DNA from: Octopus vulgaris
Lineage: Eukaryota
Assembly: GCA_951406725.2 (NCBI GenBank)
Contig: OX597842.1
Location: 21,514,001-21,578,000 of the forward strand
Length of the DNA stretch: 64,000 nt
Reading direction: 5' to 3'
Shown piece by piece: positions 51,047 through 64,000 of this stretch. Below the pieces are notes generated by a model, which saw only the letters and a program-made list of their open reading frames with translations, made no database searches and was not told where the DNA came from. The first letter of the stretch is position 1. The number at the start of each line of letters is the position of its first letter. The translations under genes were made by a program, and so were the position numbers.

Positions 51047-54000
51047 ATATTATAGATTATACTGAGAATGTAAAAAAGTAAATATGAAATTAGCTGCTAG
51101 AATATATTTACTGCCTTTGAAATCAAGCAAGTTTTTCAGTTTTTCTGCATTTCAGCTTATGGGCATGCAAGTAAACATGTTTAAAATTACATTATTACAG
51201 ATTATACAGTATTTTAGCTGAACGGTATTGCATTATCAATAAAGGCTAAATGTATAAATATTGAAAATTGTTTAATGTAATATAAGAAGTAAATTTAGTT
51301 TTTTTGAAGAAAATTATGAACAAAGGAGACTCTTTGTATATTATAGATTATATTATATATATTGTATATTATATTATATATTATATATTATATTGTATAT
51401 TATAGATTATATTGAGAATGTAAAATAGTAAATATGAAATTGGCCGCTAGAGTATAGTTACTGCCTTTGAAATCAAGCAAGATCTGCATAGTCATACAAG
51501 TAAGCATGTTGAAAATTATATTATTGCGGATTATACAGTCTCTTAATTACATAGTGTTGTATTGAGAGGTAAAAATAAAGCTAAGTTAAATGGAGAAATG
51601 CTTAATAAGAACATTTAGATTTTTGACGCAAAATATAATCTTGAAGATATTTTCTTGATTTTCATTTATAAGTCCGTTTCTGCTGTTTTATTTCTTTTTT
51701 CCTTACTGGTGCTTGGACCTAGAAACATAATGAGAACAATTATATAAAATATTGATTTTTAAACACAAATAATTCTTGGCACTTAAAATTTTAAAATAGC
51801 AACAATTGTCATCAACTGGTTTTCCACACACGAAAAATATTACTGCATAAGAAGGAAGTATAAACAAGGCAATTTATATACAAAACCATTGTTACACAAA
51901 CTAGCTGTAAGTGATTGATTATCGGGGATATATTGTAAGATATTAGCAAATGCGGTTCAAGAATATTTTCCAGAGCAACTGGACAACTTTATATAAAATG
52001 ATGAACTGTTTAGTTCCATTTCAGTCAAAGGTTTTCACGGTTGTGTATATATTGTACGTGAGTCTTTAATGTACGTCGCCCTTTTAAGCCTAACCAGGCT
52101 CATGGATCTGGTTTTCCGGTTTCTGTGGCGTATGTGTTCCCCCTGCTGGACGGGACGCCAGTCCATCGCAGCGTTACTCAAGAAACAGGAAGAAAGAGCG
52201 AGAGAAAGTTGGGGCGAAAGAGTACAACAGGGGTCACCACCATCACCTGCCGGGTCCTCATGGAGTTTTTAGGTGTTTTCGTTCAATAAGAGTGAGAGAA
52301 AGTTGGGGCGAAAGAGTACAACAGGGGTCACCACCATCCCCTGCCGGGTCCTCATGGAGCTTTTAGGTATTTTCGTTCAATAAACACACACAACGCCCGG
52401 TCTGGGAATCGAAACCGCGATCTTCAGATCCTAACCACTGGGCCATTGCGCCTCCGTACGTGGGTCTATAGCTTTATGTATATTTATGCATTATCTTTGT
52501 GGTTTAATTTTCTACATTGCTAAATGAATATCTATCTGGCATATGTGTGTGTATATATATATATGGATATGTACGATATATTTCACACATGCCACTAAAA
52601 GCTACGAATTGTATTTCTGATCAGTTATCTTAAGAGCAGACGTGTTCTGGTGGGCGCCTTGGTGCCAGTCCCTTTGGAAGCTGTACTGTTTACTACAAGA
52701 CGTTAACTGATCATAAAATATATTTATTTGCCTTTAAAATCATGCAGTTTGATTCGTCACCGGCATTAACCTCCCCATTCCATTTCGAAGATTCCTATTT
52801 CATTGTTTGTTTATAAATATCTCTCTTTTCGTACATTGATTCTATTTTACCCGATGGCTGGATATCATCCGAGATAAAGGATCGAATTCACGACAATGTA
52901 GATATCCTTCCTTTTCCTTCTACTTGTTTCAGTCATTTGACTGCGGCCATGCTGGAGCACCACCTTTAATCGAGCAACTCGACCCCGGGACTTATTCTTT
53001 TGTAAGCCCAGTACTTATTCTATTGGTCCCTTTTGCCGAACTGCTAAGTGACACACCAGAATCGGTTGTCAAGCAATGCTAGTGGGACAAACACAGACAC
53101 ACAAACATAGACGCACACATATATATATACATATATACGACGGGCTTCTTTCAGTTTCCGTCTATTGTCGGCCCGAGGCTATAGTGGAAGACACTTGCCC
53201 AAGGTGCCACGCACTGGGACTGAACCTGGAACCATGTGGTTGGTATGCAAGCTACTTACCACACAGCCACTCCTGCGCCTATATGTGAGTATAAATAATG
53301 TAACATATAATACACATTGTATTAGAGAGAAATAACCATGCTATTGAGACACACGTATAGAGATGTTTTAGGATATTCGTTCCCTAATGTTTACTACGCA
53401 CATACACACACACACACTTGCACACACACAGGCACACCCCCGCGCGCGCGCGCGCACACACACACACACGAAATAACAACAGTTTCGCTTCACCTCCACG
53501 TATTTACATTTAACTCCTATCCACTGAGTGCTACCTTCTTTCGCTTTTCCTCGAGTGTATGCATGTATATAAAAATTGGCATGCTATATATATATATGTT
53601 TACTACGCACACACACACACACGAAATAACTTGTTTTTTACCTTATATTAAACTTTTTAATACTTTTTTATTGTTATATACATTTAATATAATATATAAA
53701 AATAAATAAATAAATAAATAAATAAAAAATAAATAAATAAATAAATAATTAAATAAATAAAAAATAAAAATAAAAATAAAATAAAAAAATAATAAAAAAT
53801 ATTTATATATATATATATATATATATATAAATTTATAAGTATAAATTAATAATTTAAAAATTTCTTTAAATTTTTATCTTTAAATTTAAATAATTTAAAT
53901 TTGAATTTTATATTTTATATATTTTGTATATTATATTAATTAATTTTATTTCTATGTTTTGGTTTATGTTTTTCACTGTTTGATTTGCCTAATAGTGGTT

Positions 54001-54156
54001 TTATCTCTAATTTAAAATATATATATTTATACTGTAAAATTAGATTTAATCCTAAATCTAATTTTTCCCTGTAAGTTTGGATTTACTCCCTAATATTATT
54101 ATTATATATATATATATGTATGTATGTATATATGTATATATGTATATATATATATG

Positions 54157-54307
<151 letters not shown>

Positions 54308-54469
54308 GTTGATGAGAACGATGAGGATGACAGCGAAATTGATGTTTATGATGAAGAGTTGTAACGTTGGTAGTGATGGAGTTTTGAGAGATGAAGATTA
54401 TGATTATTTCCCTCATGACAGAATTGGTTTTGTTGGTGGAAGGAATAAGAGACGCAAAATCACACTTAC

Positions 54470-54861
54470 TTTTTATATCCTTCATAGCTTGCTTCCGATC
54501 TACTTTGTTTCGTTTACATAAGTACGGGTAGATGGCGTCTCTGGCATCTTTTTTGTATATACAGTAGCATAGGAAGATAAACATTCCTTGAAGGGGAGTG
54601 AATATAGTAAAAAGAAGGTGAAACACTTCAGCAGCTTCACCAAAACCAAAGAATGGTAAGAGCCAGGGAAATCCAAGCAGGAAACACAATCCAACGACGC
54701 CAAAAACACGTATTTTTTTTGGTTTGTGTTCAAATTTCTTGTCATTTTGCATTGAGTTAAGACTCCTCATAACGAGAGAAAACATAGTAATGTTGAAGAG
54801 GAGGATGAGCGCCACGGGAGCCAGGAAGGCAGCATAGAAAGCCGTGCTGGATAACCAACAG
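54470..54861 (-). CDS. Adhesion/secretin-class (family B) GPCR exon, TM5-TM7
   Basis: [27 protein letters not shown]...[16 protein letters not shown]...[25 protein letters not shown]. Acceptor tttgtag| at 54862 and donor gtaagt at 54469; phase matches the previous exon. Confidence 0.92.
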
Positions 54862-55555
54862 CTACAAAGAAATAGAAAATCAATCATTAATCTCTGTGTG
54901 GAGTAGAGGTATGGGCTGGGGATTTTGAGTTCCGTCTCCGCCCCTGTTTGCGCTTTCCTTCATCGGAATTACTAAAAAAACTGGGAATTATCCCATTTTG
55001 TTTTCCGTTGGAGTAGACATCGGCGAATACGTCTGGCATAGATATATAAAACTTGTTTGGTAGACCAGCCCCAAAAGACGATTTACGCGTCTTACAGTCG
55101 CTCAATGTTTCCGGTATCTCGACTGCCGTTATCAGCTTTTCGCAGCATTCTGCATCAGCCGCCGAAGGCCGCAGTAGCCCAACAAGATAGGAACTAAAGT
55201 TCACTGCCGCTTTCGATTTTACTGAACAATCGCCCGAAGTGCCGTTGCGAAGTTGCACACATCTGCCTTGATGTACATTTTTTTGTTTTATTTTTGTATA
55301 TTACTTTCATCCATATTTTTGAAGCTATGTCCTAATAGATATTTAGTCTTAGTGAATTGAAAGGCGGAGCAGATGAGAAGACAGACATCCACAAAGAAAG
55401 AAAGCAAAAACAGTATCAGTGTGTAGCTACTAGGGATCAGATCCTTGGCTTCATCTTGATGGTAGCTTCTTCATTATTCAACGCATAAATAAATCGAGTA
55501 ATATTAGTTGTGAAAACCGGAGAAAATTAGGGCAATAAAACACATAAATACTTAC

Positions 55556-55628
55556 GCTTGTTCCATTATAATGTAATTGTTTGTGTTGTTAATTGCCAGA
55601 GTAATTATGACAATGACAGCTGGAATAC
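55556..55628 (-). CDS. Adhesion GPCR exon, TM4 and extracellular loop 2
   Basis: 73 nt, cag|...|gtaag, encoding (G)IPAVIVIITLAINNTNNYIIMEQ(A); phases 1 and 2 fit both neighbouring exons. Confidence 0.9.
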
Positions 55629-58224
55629 CTGACAACGATATTTACAGAAAGGAATAAGCATATGTAGATGTTAATGAAAATTTATAATTATAAACATATG
55701 AAATTTGAATTGATATAGTTGATTATGTTTTTCCCAAAAGAAATTAATAATATATTTCGTATCTCAAACAGGCCACACCTAGACATTTGATCCTTTGGTC
55801 TCAAGAATATGTACGGCTAACATAGAACTTCGATTATATCAAATATGTGTTTTAGTGGGAAACAAAAAGTGAAAAAATACTGGACGTTCTGGACAATGGT
55901 GTAAAGATCAAATTACATAGAAGACAACAAAAGTTCACTCTCACAAACCTCTTCACACATTACTTGGTGCATCAGGTGAAAGTGCAAAATGAGTAAGTCT
56001 TAGAGATGAGATCGAAGTGAAACTGTCTGAAGGAAAATGTAATTTTAGGCTGCTCTAATAGCTTACCCTGGTGCCCCAGCATGGCCGCGGCCATCGGACT
56101 GAAACACTTTTAAGGATTTAAGGATTTAAGGATAATCTTCTTACACATGTATAGATATTTACATCTCGCTTCAACTACTTTCTCATCTTATCAATTTACC
56201 AATCTGTTCAAGCGAAGGTCACCACTGTTTATCCTGCTAGCTTTCTGATATAATCAAATTGATCATCTGCATTTATTGTTGGTTGAGCTATCATCTTGAC
56301 TAAGTCAAAATTAATATCTAATTCGACCACTTATCAATTAAGTTATTTAGCATATTTCCTGTTCCAAGTTGATTATATTAAGACATGAATTGCTTTTTGT
56401 GGCTCTCTCTAAGATATGGTTTATGTTCAAATTTTCTACAGTCATAAAAGAGGAGCAAATATTGTCACGAGGGAATAATACCTTACTCTCTTTAAAAAGA
56501 AGGCAAGATTGTATAATACAACCATCTCTGGAAAGAGGAGCTTCTCAAGTCAAGAATGTTTCTGTTCATAAATCTGTAGAACTGATCTAAAGTCAAACAG
56601 TGACCACCACCACAACAACATATCTTATGGTGGTTCCGTCTTAATATGATATTTGGTCAACTAACTTCAGCCTTAACTAAATTCTTATTTAGTTAAACCA
56701 AGATATAGCATCTCCAACTTCCATCAAATTATAGAAGTGAGAAGGTCGAGTGAATAAGAAATATGATTATTTGTTGGTGTCTTTAAGTCTACTTTATTAT
56801 CTCTTTATTTCACCTAACTTATAAATAGGAATCGGTTTCTAAGAATATTCATCGTCAGATGTGAATCCACGAAACGTCTCAGCCCATACTCTCTCTTTTA
56901 CTTGTTTCTGTCATTTGACTGCGGCCATGCTGGAGCACCGCCTTTAGTCGAGCAACTCGACCCCGGGACTTATTCTTTTGTAAGCCCAGTACTTATTCTA
57001 TCAGTCTCTTTTGCCGAACCGCTAAGTAACGGGGACATAAACACACCAGCATCTGTTGTCAAGCAATGCTAGGGGGACAAACAGAGACACACAAACACAC
57101 ACGCACACACATATATATATATACATATATACGACGGGCTTCTTTCAGTTTCCGTCTACCAAATCCACTCACAAGGCTTTGGTCGGCCCGAGGCTATAGG
57201 AGAAGACACTTTCCCAAGGTGCCACGCAGTGGGACTGAACTCGGAACCATGAGGTTGGTATGCAAGCTACTTACCACACAGCCACTCCTGCGCTTATTGT
57301 TGATATTGTTCTGCATTTTCGCTTAATATCTCATTCCACATTCATCTCATTATATAAACTCACTCAGCATCACAGAGATATTAACGTACGTTACATATTA
57401 ATACTACAAAGTCTCATTTGTCAGGCATTTAATTCCTCCTCACAGAAATCTGAGTCTCTATACTTTCTTCAGTGAGCTAGAAATTGTAGCTAAATTTCTT
57501 TAAACACCAATCTACAATCGTGGAAGATAAAAGACCAAACTGGACACTGTAGTGTTTGCTATATTGACAGGATGGTCATAAATAGAATGTCCTCAATTAT
57601 AGGTCTGCCTGTTCACTGCTGACCGAGTGTGCTATAGGAGTGATATTTTCACTAAGGATTTAATGCTTCTGGGTTTATAAATCTGGATTTTACTGTGAGA
57701 CTAAGCGGTAACCTAGATTGTGGTTGCTTTTAAGTAACAGAAATTTAATTTCGTGTCTCACAAGTGTTTTTAGATATTGCAAGATTGATTACGATGTAGA
57801 GGATTGAGGCTATAAAGCACTGTCCTAAATGCTTTACAGCAATAATTGTCAATACTTTCTGTAACATTAGAAGAGCATAACGGAGAAAAATAAACTGAGC
57901 CCCTTACGGGGTAGCACCCACTTACATAATTCCAAAAGACATGATTTAAAGTGTTTAGTTAAGTACTCAGGGTTCGAATCCCATGGAAGTCAGTTTATTC
58001 TTTCACCATTTTCGGGTCAATGAAATCAATAAGTGAACCTTTTCCAATCAACTATTATCAATACAAAACTTTAACACAGAGTGTGTGTGAAAATAGATAG
58101 AGAAAGAGGGAGAGAAATAAAGGGAGAATGAAAGAATGAAAGAGAAAAGAAAGGAAGGAAAACAATGTGTGAGATAGAGAGAGATGGAATTAGAGACAGA
58201 ATGACAGAAAGCCGCCATACATAC

Positions 58225-58369
58225 CCCAGACAAAAATTGAACACTTCTTAATAAAAGATGACTGATATATGTTGAATACAACAACGACGCCCAGGAAAAT
58301 ATGAAGTGCTTCTACAGCCATCCAGATGAAAGATGTCAGAAGGAAGTAGTGTAACAGAGCAGCCGCTGC
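58225..58369 (-). CDS. Adhesion GPCR exon, TM3 to start of TM4
   Basis: 145 nt, tag|...|gtatgt, encoding AAAALLHYFLLTSFIWMAVEALHIFLGVVVVFNIYQSSFIKKCSIFVW(G), with the family-B LHYF...WMxxEA motif. Upstream exons lie beyond the window. Confidence 0.92.
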
Positions 58370-58608
58370 CTACAAAAACAACAAAGTTAATGATATGTAA
58401 CACACACACAAGGCATTGAATATGTATTATTTTGCAGAGGTGGCGTATAGATGCCAGGCCTTGATTGATATTTTATATTAGTGACCCAGGGGGATAAATA
58501 TTAAAACAGATCTTACTGAAAAATCAACAGAAAATTCAAAACGACGTCATTCAATATAAAAGTGTATTTCGTTTCATGTTTTTACCAATTCACCACATTA
58601 CCATTATG

Positions 58609-58689
<81 letters not shown>

Positions 58690-58696
<7 letters not shown>

Positions 58697-61600
58697 CAAA
58701 TTAAGCCCCCAAAGTTCACCATCACAACGACCAGAAAATCAAAAAAGTAAAAGAACTAAATGGAACCGGGAAGAATATAAAGAAGTAATATATGCTTATT
58801 ACTTTGCATTAAGTAGGCCAACCCAAGAAAAACACACCGCAAACTCCTACAGAATTTGGAGGAGCCGGAATCCAGCTAGCAGACCAAACCTGGATGAAAA
58901 CAGATTAGCAAATGTTAGAAGAGATATCTTCAGAAATACCAGACTCACAGATGCAGAATTAACCTCTATCAAAAAAGTGGTAGAGAATGACCTAAATGCA
59001 AGTCAGGAAAGAAATAACGAAGCTGAGGAGAGGAATGTTGGGCCACAAGTATTGACTGAAAGGCGACCATCTGCCGAATCGACTCAAGATCCTGAAGAAG
59101 AAGGAAAATATGACCCTAGAAAAAACAGCCCGGAAAATGATGTCGAAACAGATTTTGAAAATCACATGTTTGTTGAAATGAAGCAAGAAGTTCTGAATGA
59201 GATTGCAGTTGTAGGGCATACAACTATGAATGATAGGGAACCACACTAACATAAAACACAAATAAAAATTGGCAACTGCGTTACACAGGAAATCATACAA
59301 CAACTAAAACCCGATCTTAATAAATTAAATGAAATTATTTACTCTGTCGCTAAGGTAATCGAAAGACGCTGTTTAACACCCAAAAAGCCAGCAATACCAA
59401 ATTCGAAAAGAAAATCAAACTGGAGGAGTAGAATTGAAACTGAAATTGAATCATTGCGAATGGAGATATCAATAATAACTGAGCTAATCTCTGGAAATGA
59501 TGTAAGATCAAGAAAAGGCAGGAAGATTGTGAGAAAATATGGACATTCAACAAGAGAAGAACTAATCTCAGCGAAAGAAACACTTAACAAAAAGTTCAAG
59601 TAAAAGCTCAGAGAATACGCAGATTTGAGAAAAGAATCAAATTCTACAAACAAAATATGTTCAAATCCAATGCCAAATCATTTTACAGGGAAATAGGGAA
59701 AGAAAAAATAACCATTGAAAATCCACCCCTAATGGAAGAAGCTGAAAACCTTTGGAAGGGGATCTGGAGTGATGAGAAACCATACAATGAAAATGCAGAG
59801 CGGATCAAACGCACCCAAGATGACTACAAAAATCTACAAGAATAGGTATGGGAAGACATCTCAATCGCCGACCTAAGGAGAGCACTAACGAAGGCTCATA
59901 AGTGGAAATCCCCTGATATTGATAGAGTACCAAATTTCTGGCTCTCATCACTCTCGTCCGCACACAAAATGTTAGTAATACTATTTAATAGTATTATGAA
60001 AGACCCGGAAAAAACACCACATTGGATGGCAAATGGTATTACTTACCTCCTCCCCAAAAATAACAAAACGAAAGACCCAAAAACTATCGGCCTATAACAT
60101 GTTTATCTACTACCTATAAGATCTTGACATCTATTCTAGTAGAGAAAACATATACATTTATGGAAAAGAATAACCTCTTTCCCACTGAACAAAAAGGATG
60201 CAGATGAGGCTATACGGATGCAAAGATCAGCTCCTAATTATTCGCATGATCCTTGAGAACTGCCATAACAAGCGCAGAAATCTCAGCTCTTCATGGACTG
60301 ATTAAAAAAAAGCCTTTGACAGCATACCACATTCGTGGATTCTGAAATCGCTGGACATTTTCAAAATTTCTCCTGTGATTTCAGATTTTTTAAAGTATAA
60401 TATGGAACACGAAGCTCCAATTATATCATTCTAATGGAGTATTGCACTCAAACAACATTAGCATAAACTGTGGAATTTTCCAAGGTGACTCACCTTCACC
60501 ACTAATATTCTGCATAGCACTAATACCACTCTCAAGTGAACTGAATAGAACAGGATATGGCTCCAAAATTGACAAGAAAATAAGCCATCTATTTTATATG
60601 GATGACTTAAAGCTATATGGCAAAGATGATGAAGAGCTTGAAGGATTATTACATACTGTGAAAGGATTCAGTGATGATATCGGGATGGAGTTTGGCCTTG
60701 AAAAGTGTGCCAAAGCCACTTTTAAGAAAGGGAAATTGGTAAAGTCTAGTTCAATCGAATTAGATGTCGAAACAGTAATAAAGGAACTTGAGCAGGAACG
60801 AAATCTATAAATACCTCGAAATAAATGAAGGCTCTGGTATCCAGCATGCAAGCATGAAAGAGAAGGTTAGGAAAGAATGTTATAGAAGAGTTCGAACAGT
60901 CCTGAAGTCTTAGCTGAATGCATATAATAAGGTTTTAGCCATAAATTCCTTAGCAGTACCAGTTGTTCTTTATAGCTTCAATGTGCTTAACTGGAATACT
61001 AGTGAAATAATGAAAATTGACAGGAAAATCCGCAAGCTACTGACTTGTAATAAGATGCACCATCCAAAGGCAGACGTGGATCGCCTTTACCATCCCAGAG
61101 CTCAGGGAGGTCGAGGTTTGATCCAGCTTGAACTTACATACAAAACCACCACAATCGGACTGGCCTTGAAGCAACCAACGATTGGATACTAAAACTTGTT
61201 GAAAAACACGAAAGACCTAAAAAACTTCACTCTATTCTGAAAGAGAGCAAAAAATTCGCTGCTGATCTCTTAGAAACTCGCCAGATTGAGCAGGCTGAAG
61301 GAAATGCGCCAACTGCAGCTGCAAAGAAAATAAAATTAGTTGCAAAGACAGGAGCACATGAAAATTTAGCTAGCAGATGGGAACAGAAACCTCTGCATGG
61401 CAAGTATGTGGCCCGTAGCAAAAAAGCTGATGTCGACCAAAAACACACGCACCAATGGTTACGAAGTTCAGGGCTAAAAGCAGAGAGTGAAAGTTTCATA
61501 TTAGCTGCTCAAGACCAAAGATTATTTACCCGGAACTACCAAGCCAATGTGATGAAAAATGGAGCTGACCCAAAATGCCGATTCTGTAACGCTGAGATTG

Positions 61601-62312
61601 AAACAATAGACCACCTAATCTCAGGGTGTAGAGTCTTAGCACCTGCAGAATATAAAGCAAGACATGAGAGAGTCGGCCAGTATTTACACTGGACAATATG
61701 TCGGGATTATAAGATCAAAACCGCTGACAAATGGTATAAACATCATCCTGAAGCTGTGACTGAGGGAGAAAATGTGTCGATTCTATGGGACTTCCCCGTG
61801 CAGACCGACAGGACTATAAAAGCCAATAAACCGGATATCATTATAAAAGATCAGACAAAAAGGATGTGTTTATTAATTGACATGAGTATTCCCTGTGATC
61901 ACAATATAGCGGCGAAAGAATTTGACAAGATTAGTAAATATAAAAACCTGCTAATGGAAATTGAAAAAATGTGGCATCTCAAGGCGACTACAGTACCAGT
62001 GATTGTAGGATCTCTAGGAATGATAAAAAAAGGCACTGAAACCTATTTGAAAATGATTTCAGGCTTACCATCCCTACAGGAAGTGCAAAAAAATCGTATT
62101 AACTGGAACGGCTCATGTACTGAGAAGAGCACTATCGCTGTGAAAATAACATCCATCCATAAATTTATTTATTTATTAATTTTTAAATACATATTTTATC
62201 TGTGAATTTGCGCGTGTAATCTGGGAATGCATACAATGCCCTTCTCTGCCCTAGGTGTATGGAAAACACTCGGCGAGAAACGGAAGAAAATTTGAAGAAA
62301 GAAGGAAAAAAC
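58690..62312 (+). mobile_element. Near full-length decayed R4/Dong-clade non-LTR retrotransposon (RT, CCHC, restriction-like endonuclease)
   Basis: GIFQGDSPSP and SHLFYMDDLKLY; CRFCNAEIETIDHLISGC; RHERV...KPDIII...LIDMSIP...KY. Many stops and frameshifts. Flanked by (TAC)n at the 5' end and (AAT)n at the 3' end. Confidence 0.9.
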
Positions 62313-62323
62313 ATAATAATAAT

Positions 62324-62391
<68 letters not shown>

Positions 62392-62392
<1 letters not shown>

Positions 62393-63110
62393 TCTGTGAC
62401 ACATTTGACGAAACAATAGACCATCTCGTTTCGGGATGTCCTGTACTGACACCAAACGAATACAAAAATCGCCACGATAGGGTAGGACAGTATATACATT
62501 GGAAGATATGTAAACACTACAAATCCGACACTCCTGCTAACTGGTATGCACACCATCCACAGCCAGTTGTTGAAGGTAAAGATGTCACCATCCTCTGGGA
62601 TTTTCCAGTCAACACTGACAGAACGATCAAGGCTAATCGACCAGACATAATTGTTAAAGACAGGGAAGAAAATACCTGCAGACTAATAGAAGTAAGCGTC
62701 CCCACTGATAAAAATGTATCTGTCAAGGAATTTGACAAACTTAGTAAATATAAGGACCTGGAAATCGAAATACAGAGGATGTGGAATCTTAAAACAAAAA
62801 CTGTTCCTGTTATTGTAGGTGCCCTAGGTATGATAAAAAAGGGATGTCAGAAACACCTAGACAATATCCCTGGAAAACCATGTCTCAAGGAAATCCAAAA
62901 GATTGTGCTAACAAGTACTGCCCACATCCTTAGAAAAACCCTATCAATGTAACTGTTTGTGTTTGTATTACATGGAGATATTTCTCTACTTCCCCTCCCC
63001 AAGCTTTCAGCTATATTTCAACAACTCTTAACCTTCACTTGCCCTAGGGCGCTGGGTGTGCCCCGGCAGGTGATTGCATCAAACATGCAGATTAAAAGTA
63101 AATGACAATG
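62392..63110 (+). mobile_element. 5'-truncated R4/Dong element (endonuclease domain plus 3' UTR), second family
   Basis: Open frame 62392-62952: FCDTFDETIDHLVSGC...RHDRVGQYIHW...NRPDIIVKD...KYKDLEIEI...HILRKTLSM*. Bounded by (AAT)n. Confidence 0.88.
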
Positions 63111-63668
63111 ATAATAATAATAATAACTGCCCTAATGCAATACCAGGAAGTTGCTCTTATGGCTTCTGATCTTAACTGACTGGAAGTATTATCCTGCACA
63201 TTGTTTTGTCTTGGTATAAAAGATGGGCTACAGCAAATATTCTGCTCAATACCACAGATTTGCTTGTCAGTTGTTTGACCTTAACCAGTTGACCATGTCC
63301 CTTAGTGGATGACAATATGTGCATCTCTGATCACAAGCAGAAGTAGTGGGGGAGCATCATAGCCATGTGTTGAGAGGGATTCTTTGGGGTTTGAATAATT
63401 CACCTCTGGAATCATGGGTGGTTCGTTCAACATCCTTAAACAACCCTTATTCAGGGAACTTTTGAGCGAGTTGGATTACTCGACCAGAAGAAAATTCTAA
63501 ATAGGACCCTCCTGCAAGGTCATGTGCTGTTTATCTTGATATGAGATCACCGTGTCGCACACACATGGTTGTGATGCATTTGCGTGGTGTACATATATCA
63601 GACGAGTAGCCAAGATGGGTATACTGGGCTTCGTATATTTTACCCCAGCATGCGCTGTTCTCTCACTC

Positions 63669-63715
<47 letters not shown>

Positions 63716-63724
63716 CAACAACAT

Positions 63725-64000
63725 GAAACGTCTTCTAGCGCCTACAGAGTATCTCAACAGGCATGATAGAGCTGGGTAATTTGCAAAAACCTGGATTTGC
63801 CCCATGAAAAAACTGGTGGGAACACAAACCACTTCCAGTGCTTGAAAATGACCACATCTCACTCCTCTGGAACTTCACCATTCAAACTGACAGAAAGATA
63901 GATGCAAATAGGCCAGACATCATATTGAAAGACTTCAGACAAAGAACATGCTTCCTCATTGATATGACTGTCCCAATCGATATAAACGTATCTGTCAAGA
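63725..64000 (+). mobile_element. Third R4/Dong endonuclease fragment (runs off the window)
   Basis: LLAPTEYLNRHDRAG...LLWNFTIQTDRKIDANRPDIILKD...FLIDMTVP, following (AAT)n. Confidence 0.8.

Noticed and set aside
56850-56885. gtgaatccacgaaacgtc resembling the 3' half of a hammerhead
   Set aside because: No CUGANGA core and no stem I.

Overview
AT-rich, repeat-dense animal genomic DNA, most likely from an octopus or another coleoid cephalopod. This is inferred from the short-interspersed-repeat (SINE) and RTE repeat types, the (TA)n and (CAT)n microsatellites and the KRAB-less C2H2 zinc-finger cluster. Positions ~5.8-40.5 kb are a recent tandem segmental array with three minus-strand poly-C2H2 zinc-finger genes. 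One has an open 15-finger frame, two are frameshifted, one of those looks chimeric, and there is also an apparently emptied unit. At 41827-44181 lies an intact Buster-type hAT transposon with terminal inverted repeats (TIRs) and a perfect 8-bp target-site duplication (TSD). Positions ~45-51 kb hold Penelope-like retroelement debris, including a GIY-YIG fragment and two perfect palindromes. Three minus-strand exons of an adhesion-type GPCR lie at 54.5-58.4 kb, and the next intron upstream holds stacked R4/Dong-type LINEs in TAA/TAC microsatellites. The most notable signal outside the ORF track is a set of type I hammerhead ribozyme motifs: six with canonical cores, one with a single core change, and two degenerate. 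They belong to at least four unrelated sequence families and sit in long hairpins or inverted pairs. All calls were made by eye; repeat boundaries are approximate unless a TSD or TIR is given.
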